DNA from: an uncultured Saprospiraceae bacterium
Lineage (GTDB): Bacteria > Bacteroidota > Bacteroidia > Chitinophagales > Saprospiraceae
Direction of reading: 5' to 3'
Length of the DNA: 64,000 bases
Assembly (NCBI GenBank): GCA_964533625.1
Contig: CAZHNF010000010.1
Location: 11,875-75,874 of the forward strand
Part shown: positions 53,590 to 62,010 of the stretch, piece by piece
Layout of the letters: every line of letters starts with the position of its first letter
How positions within the stretch are numbered: the first letter of the stretch is position 1
Position numbers and translations under genes: made by a program
Notes under the pieces: model-generated
Told to the model about the DNA's origin: nothing
Seen by the model: the letters and a program-made list of their open reading frames with translations, nothing else
The model's database searches: none

Positions 53590-54681
53590 TTAAACTTGTT
53601 CGACCTTTTTTGTTGGAGCCATAACTATATTTCTCAAAGCTACTTTCTGATGAATTTTTTCGGCGATTGATTTATAAATCTGAGCATAATCTTCTTCACT
53701 GTTGCATTCAAATACCAAACCTAGATCAGAGCGTTCTCTTAGCTTTTCGAAGATTGGAATCTGACCAAGAAAACTCGTTTTAATACTATTCGATAATCGT
53801 TCTCCTCCTCCTTTGCCAAAAATATAATATTTCTTTTCTGATGAATCAGAAGGCTGAAACCAGGACATATTTTCTATAATACCTAATATTGGGACCGCTA
53901 TTTGCTCCATTATAAACATATTTGCAGCTTTAATAGCATCTATCAAGGCAACTTCCTGTGGAGTAGTAACTATTATTGCTCCTGTCAAAGGTATCGTCTG
54001 TACTAAGGTAAGTTGAACATCGCCTGTCCCCGGAGGCAAATCAATCAATAGGTAATCCAATTCCGGCCAAAGAGTATCGTTAAAAAATTGCTTAATTATT
54101 GCCGCTAATCTAGGCCCTCTTAAAACTACGGCTTGCTCAGGCTCTATAATATTACCTAAAGAGATTGTGGATATGCCGTTGGTCGTAATCGGGATTAGTT
54201 TGTTTTGTCCATTCTGAGTATCGACTTTTGGTCTTATAGATTTAATCCCAAGCATAGTGGGAATGGAAGGACCATATAAATCGGCATCCAGTATTCCGGT
54301 CTTATAACCTAATCGCGATAGAGCTAGTGCAAGATTAACCGTTACCGTAGATTTGCCTACACCGCCTTTTCCCGAGCCAATTGCAACAAAATTTTTGATT
54401 TGAGGAAGTAAAATATTAGGGGCTTCAGCCATCGGAGCTTTATTAATAAAATGCACGTGGGCTTGAAATTCAGGAAATTGTTTTTTTAAATTTAAATTTA
54501 TAGCCTCATACAAATCTGATTTATGCGCATATTGCTGGGATGGTATATGAATATTAAAATAAATGTTCTCACCTTCAAGTCTAAGATCGCGAACCATCTT
54601 TAAAAGAGTAATACTCTGACCGGTAGAGGGTTCTAACACTTGATCTAAAGACTCAATGATTTGTTCTATGTTAATTGACAT
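53590..54681 (-). CDS. mrp: Mrp/NBP35/ApbC-family Fe-S cluster carrier ATPase with N-terminal DUF59-like domain
   Basis: 363 aa. Deviant Walker A GSGKGGVGKST, DADLYGPS, DLPPGTGD, and WF.. near the CxxC-equivalent region. Confidence 0.88.
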   Translation of the reverse strand: MSINIEQIIESLDQVLEPSTGQSITLLKMVRDLRLEGENIYFNIHIPSQQYAHKSDLYEAINLNLKKQFPEFQAHVHFINKAPMAEAPNILLPQIKNFVAIGSGKGGVGKSTVTVNLALALSRLGYKTGILDADLYGPSIPTMLGIKSIRPKVDTQNGQNKLIPITTNGISTISLGNIIEPEQAVVLRGPRLAAIIKQFFNDTLWPELDYLLIDLPPGTGDVQLTLVQTIPLTGAIIVTTPQEVALIDAIKAANMFIMEQIAVPILGIIENMSWFQPSDSSEKKYYIFGKGGGERLSNSIKTSFLGQIPIFEKLRERSDLGLVFECNSEEDYAQIYKSIAEKIHQKVALRNIVMAPTKKVEQV

Positions 54682-54697
54682 CTGTGAAATTAATATG

Positions 54698-54705
54698 CAA
54701 AAGTA
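54698..54705 (-). promoter_or_regulatory. Candidate -7 box TACTTTTG for mrp
   Basis: TAnnTTTG on the minus strand, 16 nt upstream of ATG 54681. Confidence 0.4.
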
Positions 54706-54746
54706 AAGCTATAACTCTATTTGAACAGAGAAAGGGTAAAAATTGT

Positions 54747-54754
54747 TACTTTTG
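54747..54754 (+). promoter_or_regulatory. Candidate -7 box TACTTTTG for ribF
   Basis: TAnnTTTG, 8 nt upstream of ATG 54763. This would give a nearly leaderless mRNA, so support is weak. Confidence 0.3.
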
Positions 54755-54762
54755 CTTTTGAA

Positions 54763-56772
54763 ATGAGAGTACTTCGATTTGGAAAAGATACCTTACCGGA
54801 ATTTCGAAATGCAATAATCACTATTGGATCATTCGATGGTTTTCATAAGGCACATCAGGAAATTATTCATCAGGTCTGCACCTTAGCTAAAAAAAATAAC
54901 GGGGAATCAATCGTTATAACTTTCGATCCTCACCCAAAATTGATCTTAGATCAAACTAAAAGGAAAATAAAATTATTAAGCACTCCGGAAGAACGAATAC
55001 AGAATCTATCTCAGACAGATTTGGATTATTTAATCATAGTGCCTTTTAATCTCGAATTTGCACAATTACTTCCTGAAGATTATGTAGAAAATTTTCTGAT
55101 AAAAAACTTTAAGCCTCATACGATCGTGATTGGATTCGATCATCGTTTTGGATTAAATAGTGCCGGTAACATTCATCTTCTCAAACAATATGAAGAACAA
55201 CAAAAGTTCAAAGTTATCGAAGTGGCTAAAAAAGAAGAAAATGGAATAAAAGTTGCTTCAAGTATCATTCGTCAAGGTATTATAGAACGAGATTTCGAAT
55301 TGGTCACTCAACAACTTGGAAAACCTTATAGTATTGTTGGAACTGTTGTCCGAGGAAGACAGGTAGGATCTCAAATTGGCTATCCTACGGCCAATCTTGA
55401 AGTTGGTCAAGATTCTAAACTTCTACCTCCGGTAGGAATTTATGCCGCCATCGTTAACTATAGCAATAAAGAGTATGATGCGATGTTATATATTGGCCAT
55501 CGCCCAACTTTAGGTGACAACCTTCAACAAACTATAGAAATCCATATCATGGATTTCGAAACTTACATCTATGGTGAAAGCATCGAGGTTAAAATAATAT
55601 CTTTCATTCGTGAGGATGAAAGATTCTCAAATATGAACAGCCTGCTTGATCAAATTAAAACAGATCATCAGCAAATTAAACAGGTCCTTCAAAAATTTCA
55701 TTTAGTTAATGCGTCGCATAAAAGTAATGCTACAGTAGCGGTAGTAGTTTTAAACTACAATGGTGAAGAACTATTGAAAAAGTTTATTCCTTCTGTTTTT
55801 TCAAATCTACCGCATAATGCTTCTCTGTATGTAGTAGATAATGCGTCTACGGATGATAGTTTAAGTTATTTAGAGTATAATTACCCGGAAATCAAAAGAA
55901 TTGCCCTGCACAAAAACTATGGCTTCGCAGAAGGTTATAACAGAGGATTGCGTCAAATCGAAGCGGACTATTTCTTGTTGCTGAATTCGGATGTGGAAGT
56001 TAAAAATGACTTCATTACTCCCCTGCTTAAAAGAATTCAGGCTAATCCAAATAATATGGCAGTTCAACCTAAAATACTCTCATATAAAGAACCCGATAAA
56101 TTCGAATATGCTGGTGCAGCTGGGGGACTAATGGATATATTGGGATACACCTTTGCTGTCGGAAGAATGCTGAACGATGTTGAAAAGGATCAACGTCAAT
56201 ACGAAGAAGCTAAAGAAATATTTTGGTCCAGCGGTGCCGCTATGTTGGTTAATTCAAAAATGTTTCTGGCTATTGGTGGATTCGATGAAGATTACTTCGC
56301 CCATCAGGAGGAAGTTGACTTATGCTGGAGAATACAGAGAGCTGGCGGTAAGATATGGTATGAACCAAAAGCCCAGGTTTACCATGTAGGAGGCGGTACT
56401 TTAGAATATGATCAACCGAGAAAAGTATTTTTAAATTTTAAAAACAATCTATCAACGATATTTAAAAATGTACCCTACTACTATTTGGTATTATTATTGC
56501 CGCTTAGATTTATAATTGATTTTTTAATTAGTCTTAAGTATTTGCTAAGTGGTAAAAGTTCACATTTTTTAAAGGTTATAGAAGCTTACATAACAAGTAT
56601 TCTCTCTACTTTTTATCTGATGTATAAAAAAGATTATTATAACACAAAAATTGAACGCATTTCAATCGGCAATACATCCTTAAAAGGATTACTCAAAGGA
56701 TCCTTGTTTATTCATTACTATCTTTTTGAAAATAATAAAGTTAGTAAGATTCCCCAGCATTATCTGGATTAA
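54763..56772 (+). CDS. ribF: Fusion ORF: bifunctional riboflavin kinase/FAD synthetase (RibF, aa 1-~312) joined in frame to a family-2 glycosyltransferase with C-terminal TM helices (aa ~323-669)
   Basis: The N-terminal half has GSFDGFHKAHQ, ..TFDPHP.. and GRQ.GYPTAN (FAD_syn plus flavokinase). The C-terminal half has VAVVVLNYNG, VVDNASTDDS, NYGFAEGYN, LLLNSDVEV and HQEEVDLCWR (GT2), followed by hydrophobic helices. ATG 54763 is preferred over the track's TTG 54721. Confidence 0.8.
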   Translation: MRVLRFGKDTLPEFRNAIITIGSFDGFHKAHQEIIHQVCTLAKKNNGESIVITFDPHPKLILDQTKRKIKLLSTPEERIQNLSQTDLDYLIIVPFNLEFAQLLPEDYVENFLIKNFKPHTIVIGFDHRFGLNSAGNIHLLKQYEEQQKFKVIEVAKKEENGIKVASSIIRQGIIERDFELVTQQLGKPYSIVGTVVRGRQVGSQIGYPTANLEVGQDSKLLPPVGIYAAIVNYSNKEYDAMLYIGHRPTLGDNLQQTIEIHIMDFETYIYGESIEVKIISFIREDERFSNMNSLLDQIKTDHQQIKQVLQKFHLVNASHKSNATVAVVVLNYNGEELLKKFIPSVFSNLPHNASLYVVDNASTDDSLSYLEYNYPEIKRIALHKNYGFAEGYNRGLRQIEADYFLLLNSDVEVKNDFITPLLKRIQANPNNMAVQPKILSYKEPDKFEYAGAAGGLMDILGYTFAVGRMLNDVEKDQRQYEEAKEIFWSSGAAMLVNSKMFLAIGGFDEDYFAHQEEVDLCWRIQRAGGKIWYEPKAQVYHVGGGTLEYDQPRKVFLNFKNNLSTIFKNVPYYYLVLLLPLRFIIDFLISLKYLLSGKSSHFLKVIEAYITSILSTFYLMYKKDYYNTKIERISIGNTSLKGLLKGSLFIHYYLFENNKVSKIPQHYLD

Positions 56773-56792
56773 TAAGACTAACCCTCCAATAA

Positions 56793-57515
56793 GTGAAGAA
56801 TTCCATTTCTGTTCTATTTGAAAATGACGATTTTATTATTGTTTCAAAATCTGCTGGTATTCTGAGTATTCCGGATCGTTATAATCCTGATAAAGAGAAT
56901 TTGTATCACGAATTGGAGCAAAAAATAGGAAATGTATTTATTGTCCATCGATTAGACAAAGATACCAGTGGAGTTATCTGTTTTGCAAAAAATCAAAAGA
57001 CTCACGCCATTTTGAATGCTGAATTTGAGCATCGCGAGGTAGATAAATTATATATAGCAATTTGTCAGGGGCATCCGCCTGAAGAAAGTGGTATCATTGA
57101 TGTACCGATCGCCCATTCTCCTCATCACAGTGGACAAATGATTGTACATGGAAAAGGTAAATCAGCCATTACAAAGTTTAGAATTAAAGAAATTTACAGA
57201 AATTATTCCGTTCTTGAGCTTAAACCTGAGACCGGCAGAACACATCAGATTAGAGTTCATTTGGCCCATATCGGTTGTCCAATAATATGCGACCCCTTTT
57301 ATGGCACTAACTCAAGTTTAAGTATTGCGGACATTAAGCGAAATACTAAGTTAAGTAAAAATGATGAAGGTTTTAAACCGCTCATAGAAAGGACAGCACT
57401 ACATGCTAGTGAATTAAGGTTTAAGCTTTACAATCAATCCTATATCTTTAATGCGGAACTTCCCAAGGATATGAGAGCGGTTGTAAACCAATTGGGCAAG
57501 TGGCAAAGAATCTGA
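56793..57515 (+). CDS. RluA-family pseudouridine synthase
   Basis: 240 aa. HRLDKDTSGVICFAK (catalytic Asp motif) and ..GRTHQIRVHLA.. GTG start. Confidence 0.85.
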   Translation: MKNSISVLFENDDFIIVSKSAGILSIPDRYNPDKENLYHELEQKIGNVFIVHRLDKDTSGVICFAKNQKTHAILNAEFEHREVDKLYIAICQGHPPEESGIIDVPIAHSPHHSGQMIVHGKGKSAITKFRIKEIYRNYSVLELKPETGRTHQIRVHLAHIGCPIICDPFYGTNSSLSIADIKRNTKLSKNDEGFKPLIERTALHASELRFKLYNQSYIFNAELPKDMRAVVNQLGKWQRI

Positions 57516-57576
57516 TGAGATTATGAAATATTAATATTTTTTAATCAGTTTCACGACATTAATCATAGAATATCCG

Positions 57577-57584
57577 TATATTTG
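57577..57584 (+). promoter_or_regulatory. Candidate -7 box TATATTTG upstream of the response regulator
   Basis: TAnnTTTG, 70 nt upstream of ATG 57655. Confidence 0.3.
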
Positions 57585-57654
57585 TACTATTGGTTACCGA
57601 CACACATTAGTTGGTTCTGAATTTCTTCCCTTATTTTTAAACTTATACAAATAA

Positions 57655-58317
57655 ATGATAAAAGTTTGCATTGCAGATGATCATGCTATGTTTGTTGACG
57701 GGATAGAATCTCTTCTCAAAACGGCAAAAAATATTAAGGTTGTTAATAGATGTTTCGAAGGTTCAGCGGTTTTAGATATGCTGCGCACAAATGAGACCGA
57801 TGTCCTACTTTTGGATATTAACCTGCCAGATATCACAGGACTCGAGTTGAGTAAGAAAATTTCAGATGAATTTCCAAGTGTTAAAGTTTTAGTTCTATCG
57901 ATGTACAGCGAAGAGAGTTTTGTAACAGAAATACTTAAGAACGGAGCTTTAGGCTATATTTTGAAAAATACCGGAAGAAGTGAATTGGTTAAGGCTATAG
58001 AGACAATTGCCAGTGGTGAAAATTACTACAGTAAAGAGATTACAGAAATTCTGATGAATAAAGCACTAAAGAAAAAGAATACTAACCTAACCAACAGAAC
58101 TAAATTTAATAGTTTTATTCTACCCAAATTGTCGAGAAGGGAAAAAGAAATTCTGGCTTTAATTGTCAAAGAGCATACAACTCAGGAGATTGCTGATGCT
58201 CTTTTTATTAGTCAAAAAACAGTAGAATCCCATCGTAGCAACCTTATCTCAAAGCTTAATGTAAGAAATACTGCAGGCTTGGTAAGAGCCTCACTAGAGA
58301 ACCATCTTTTAGATTGA
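57655..58317 (+). CDS. NarL/FixJ (LuxR-type HTH) response regulator
   Basis: 220 aa. Receiver domain (..ADDH.., LLLDINLPD, ..LSMY..). C-terminal LSRREKEIL..TTQEIADALFIS.KTVE.HR.N...KL. Confidence 0.88.
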   Translation: MIKVCIADDHAMFVDGIESLLKTAKNIKVVNRCFEGSAVLDMLRTNETDVLLLDINLPDITGLELSKKISDEFPSVKVLVLSMYSEESFVTEILKNGALGYILKNTGRSELVKAIETIASGENYYSKEITEILMNKALKKKNTNLTNRTKFNSFILPKLSRREKEILALIVKEHTTQEIADALFISQKTVESHRSNLISKLNVRNTAGLVRASLENHLLD

Positions 58318-58342
58318 GAACCCTTTTATAGGGTTTTTTATT
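58318..58342 (+). terminator. Weak terminator-like hairpin between the response regulator and kinase genes
   Basis: GAACCC-TTTTATA-GGGTTT (5-6-bp stem) followed by TTTTATT, starting 1 nt after the TGA at 58315-58317. Confidence 0.4.
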
Positions 58343-58387
58343 CAAAAATCATGGAATACCCTGATGTTTTGATGCTTTTGAGCTCAT

Positions 58388-58395
58388 TAACTTTG
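58388..58395 (+). promoter_or_regulatory. Candidate -7 box TAACTTTG for the histidine kinase gene
   Basis: TAnnTTTG, 13 nt upstream of ATG 58409 and downstream of the hairpin. Confidence 0.4.
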
Positions 58396-58408
58396 CTTTT
58401 TAATCATC

Positions 58409-60163
58409 ATGAACAGGATTGTTCTACTTGGGTATTTATTGCTGTCTTGCAGCATATGGTCCTGGTCTCAGGATTCTATTCCCGTGGATTCAGTGAGTGT
58501 GGATTTAGAAGGCAATTTATCTTCAGACAGTCTTTCAATTCAACAGGACAAACTCATATCACAACATCTATACGATCAAGCCATACTACCTACTATTCAA
58601 TTAATCAATCATAGTTTGGAACAAGAAGATGGCTATAGCGCCCATCGATATAGATTTCAATTGGCGAAATTATACTTCTACCTCGGTTGGCTAAATGAAG
58701 CCTTAGAGATTTTAGAGTATTGCCAGGTTTATTATCGTCAGAATCAGAATAACATAGAATACGTAAGAGTTTGTCACTTATTGTCCTTAATTAATCAGAG
58801 ATTGAATAATCAAGAAATGGCTAATTACTTTTTTGGTCAGACAGAACTTGAAAAACCCATAACGAATAATCCCTTTTGCAGATATGAGCATTTAATGTTA
58901 AGTGCGCTACTAAAGCCAGAATTGTCAGATAGTATAAGAGTTCAGAATCTTCTTCAAGTTATTAAGTTTTCAAAGGAAAATTCAATCCTGGATTTGCACT
59001 ATCAGGCATACCTGATACTTGGGGACTTATATTCCAGTCAACAAAAAACCGAAGAAGCTTGTATCGCCTATCAGAAAAGTTTAGCATTAAGCACCGAAGC
59101 GTCTTATCTGGCTGAAATGCAGTTTTTAAATCTTAAAATTCACCATTGCTTAACCCAGCAAAATCTTTTCAAGGAAGCCAATTCTGCCCTTCTCAACTAC
59201 ATTAATATCAATGAGAAATTGAGCAATATTCAAAAAAATGAAGGCTTGCAAAAAAGCGTAAAGAAGTATGAAAACAAAACTTTGCGTGAAGAAAGAATTG
59301 ATTTAGCACAGGATAAAAGAATTTTTGAATTAAAATCCAGACGTTCCAATTTTACACTTATTGGTTTGTTGATTAGCGTTGGGGGTATACTCTTTATGGT
59401 TTTTCTGATAATTCTATTCTATCAGCAAAAACTCAGTGCCAGCGATATTATTCTAAAGCAAAATGAGCAGATTAATCAGCAGAAAATCAAAGAGTTAGAA
59501 CAGACTATTATCTTGCAGAACCTTGAATCTATGTTGAAAGGTCAGGAAGAGGAACGAGAGCGAATTGCTAAAGACCTACACGATAGTCTTGGAGGACTTT
59601 TGTCAACTATAAAATTGAGATACGACAAGCTTATTTATGAAGATAATGAGGGATTGAGATCTTCAGAACATCAGAAGGTGCACGATCTTATTGATGTAGC
59701 TTGCCGTGAAATAAGAAATATATCTCACGACTTAACACCGGGAGCGCTACAGGAACTTGGATTGATTGATGCCATCCAAGATATGTTGAATCGATACGAT
59801 GATTATAAGACTTCAATAATCTTTCAACATTATGGTTTTGCGGAGGATAAAGATGACCTCGATGAAGAAACTTCCCTATATGTCTACCGCATCATTCAGG
59901 AATTGGTTAATAACTCCTATAAGCATTCTCATGGAAATGAAATTTTGGTTCAGTTAAGCCGTCAGGAAAATCAAATTGAAATCACGGTGGAGGATGACGG
60001 AAAAGGCTATGATGAGTCTAAAATTAGTAAAGGAATGGGACTGGATAATATTAATTCAAGGGTTAGTTATCTTAAGGGAGAAATTTCAGTGCGATCAGAA
60101 ATTAACCAGGGAACATCAACCTATATTGTTTTACCGTTAATAAGGTCGGGATTACCGGCCTAA
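58409..60163 (+). CDS. Sensor histidine kinase (HisKA_3/NarX-DesK type) with N-terminal exported TPR-like region
   Basis: 584 aa. Signal-like N-terminus. ~300-aa helical repeat region. One TM (FTLIGLLISVGGILFMVFLIILFY). ERERIAKDLHDSLGG (H-box). ..ELVNNSYKHS.. (N-box). DDGKGYD and GMGL..I (G-boxes). Confidence 0.88.
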   Translation: MNRIVLLGYLLLSCSIWSWSQDSIPVDSVSVDLEGNLSSDSLSIQQDKLISQHLYDQAILPTIQLINHSLEQEDGYSAHRYRFQLAKLYFYLGWLNEALEILEYCQVYYRQNQNNIEYVRVCHLLSLINQRLNNQEMANYFFGQTELEKPITNNPFCRYEHLMLSALLKPELSDSIRVQNLLQVIKFSKENSILDLHYQAYLILGDLYSSQQKTEEACIAYQKSLALSTEASYLAEMQFLNLKIHHCLTQQNLFKEANSALLNYININEKLSNIQKNEGLQKSVKKYENKTLREERIDLAQDKRIFELKSRRSNFTLIGLLISVGGILFMVFLIILFYQQKLSASDIILKQNEQINQQKIKELEQTIILQNLESMLKGQEEERERIAKDLHDSLGGLLSTIKLRYDKLIYEDNEGLRSSEHQKVHDLIDVACREIRNISHDLTPGALQELGLIDAIQDMLNRYDDYKTSIIFQHYGFAEDKDDLDEETSLYVYRIIQELVNNSYKHSHGNEILVQLSRQENQIEITVEDDGKGYDESKISKGMGLDNINSRVSYLKGEISVRSEINQGTSTYIVLPLIRSGLPA

Positions 60164-60524
60164 AATCTAAGGGAAAACCCTGATTTTTCAAGAATAGGTA
60201 TTTTCTATGAGTTGTTACCCATTTGGGGATGCGACCTTTGTATCAACGATACTGTTAAAAAGTTAATAAGTCGTTGCTTGATTTGAATATTGAAATGGGA
60301 TCCAAAGAAAGGGGTTATCGCGTGTACAAAATTTTAAATGGTTTGGTTTATTATTAAAGGGATTATACTTCTAATATCGAAATTTTGTTATCCTTAATCG
60401 TCATGAGATCAATGCTTCGCTCAGCAACAGATAACCCCTTCTTTGATTTTATGATATTCGGTCTGTTAAGACTAATTGGTTGATCTAATATTTTATTTGA
60501 AATAGGGTATCCTTGAGTACCGTT

Positions 60525-60561
60525 AAAGACTGCATTCCCAAAAATGCGGTCTTTTTTATTT
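60525..60561 (+). terminator. Strong rho-independent terminator in a convergent spacer, 361 nt past the kinase stop
   Basis: AAAGACTGCAT-TCCCAAAA-ATGCGGTCTTT (10-11-bp stem with one G-U pair) followed by TTTTATTT. On the minus strand the stem is followed by TAACGG, so it reads mainly as a plus-strand terminator. Confidence 0.7.
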
Positions 60562-60608
60562 AGGTAAATTTGTTTTTGAACTCCGGAGGGATTTTTAAAA
60601 ATGTTAGT

Positions 60609-61823
60609 TTAAAGATAGCTTAACCACCATTTTTCTTTGTGGTTTGTTTTATACTGATCATACCTTTTGCAAATTGGATAAAGAATTAAGATTACCCCTA
60701 ACCAGATCGAATAAACTATAACTAAACCAAATCCCTTGCCTGGTATAAGGAATAAGAATGGCACTTGCTTCATGGCATCAACAGCATCTTGAGTTGTATT
60801 TCCATTCCAGTAAAACACTATAGCAAGAAGTAAATGGATAAGTAAAATGTGAGCCATATAATAAAAAAATGCAGTTCTACCGTATACTTTCATGATTTTG
60901 GTCACGAGATTACTTTTGCTTTCGAAATAAGCCAAAGCAAGTAAAGAAGGACCAATAGTAATGCACAGGTACAACAAGGAAGGAGGATATTTATTTACTT
61001 TAAGAAAAGATAATACCGTATACAAATTACTGGATTGATATGACCAATCCACAGGATCGCCGTAAACATTTAGAATTCTTAATGCGATAAAAAATACTAT
61101 TAGGGATAGACCTGATATAGTAAAGATTCTTTTTCTGTAATTAGATGTATACTGATCGGTGAATAAAACTCCGCAGCAATACCCTAACATCATTAAGCCA
61201 AGCCAGGGTAAAAATGGATAAATAATTACGACGAAATGATTTTTAAATAATTCGTATGAGGCCCAGTTGCCATGGTGTAGAAGATCCCATAAAAAACCAG
61301 CTTTGAATCCTTGAGCAGATTCTGGTATATCGAGTATGTTGTGACAGAAAACGATCAATGCTCCAAGTATAAGTATGAGCTGATATGGTAAGTATATGGC
61401 CAGACCTAACAAAAACATACAAATACCGATTGTCCAAATAACCTGCATCGGTATAAAATTATAAAACGGATTAAAAGTCCAGAAAAAAGCAATGATTGCA
61501 AATTCTGCAAATATTAACCACAAGCCTCTCGTGATTAAAAATCTACTTAAGTCTTTTTTCGTCTTGCGTAAACTCTGCAAATAAATTGAAGTACCAGATA
61601 AGAATACAAATATCGGAGCGCATATATGAGTTATCCAGCGAGTAAAATACAATTGTGGTGTGGTGGTGGCCAAATTCAATGGATCATCCGTAAATGCCTC
61701 GATATGGAAATAATCTCTTACATGGTCTAAGGCCATTATAACCATAGCTATTCCGCGAAGTACATCAATGGATTCTATTCTCGATCTTATTAAATCGTTC
61801 ATTTTTTGAATACTTGATACCAA
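60609..61823 (-). CDS. Polytopic membrane protein of the DUF1624 / heparan-alpha-glucosaminide N-acetyltransferase-like family
   Basis: 404 aa. RIESIDVLRGIAMVIMALDHVRDYF is the family N-terminal signature. About 10 further TM helices. TTG start. Confidence 0.75.
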   Translation of the reverse strand: MVSSIQKMNDLIRSRIESIDVLRGIAMVIMALDHVRDYFHIEAFTDDPLNLATTTPQLYFTRWITHICAPIFVFLSGTSIYLQSLRKTKKDLSRFLITRGLWLIFAEFAIIAFFWTFNPFYNFIPMQVIWTIGICMFLLGLAIYLPYQLILILGALIVFCHNILDIPESAQGFKAGFLWDLLHHGNWASYELFKNHFVVIIYPFLPWLGLMMLGYCCGVLFTDQYTSNYRKRIFTISGLSLIVFFIALRILNVYGDPVDWSYQSSNLYTVLSFLKVNKYPPSLLYLCITIGPSLLALAYFESKSNLVTKIMKVYGRTAFFYYMAHILLIHLLLAIVFYWNGNTTQDAVDAMKQVPFLFLIPGKGFGLVIVYSIWLGVILILYPICKRYDQYKTNHKEKWWLSYL

Positions 61824-61867
61824 TACATAATTACTTCCTGGATTATTTAATAATCTTATTCCGGACT

Positions 61868-61875
61868 CAAATATA
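61868..61875 (-). promoter_or_regulatory. Candidate -7 box TATATTTG
   Basis: TAnnTTTG on the minus strand, 44 nt upstream of the start at 61823. Confidence 0.3.
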
Positions 61876-62010
61876 AGCTAATTGTCTAAGGTAGTTTTGA
61901 TATTATAGAACAATTATTATTGGTGAAGAAGATTGGATTAGCATCCAAATATTGATCAACACAAGTACAAAACGATTACCTTAAACTAGGAGAAATGATA
62001 AAAATCAGGC

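Noticed and set aside
30875-54762. FMN riboswitch upstream of ribE or ribF.
   Set aside because: ribE is preceded by coding sequence with a 7-nt gap. ribF is preceded by about 80 nt containing only promoter-like boxes. Neither gap has room or conserved elements for an FMN aptamer.
57590-57616. Direct repeat TTGGTT (57590-57595 and 57611-57616, 21-nt period) upstream of the response regulator as a possible auto-regulatory site.
   Set aside because: It is only 6 nt long and is expected by chance. There is no inverted symmetry of the kind LuxR-type HTH dimers usually bind.
58351-58614. Track ORF 58351-58614 (87 aa) overlapping the kinase start.
   Set aside because: It is in a different frame from the well-supported 584-aa kinase ORF. 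It begins inside the terminator/promoter spacer and has no motifs.
60170-60188. AGGG-AAAA-CCCT hairpin plus GATTTTT right after the kinase stop as a terminator.
   Set aside because: The stem is only 4 bp, which is too weak to call. The strong hairpin at 60525-60561 is reported instead.
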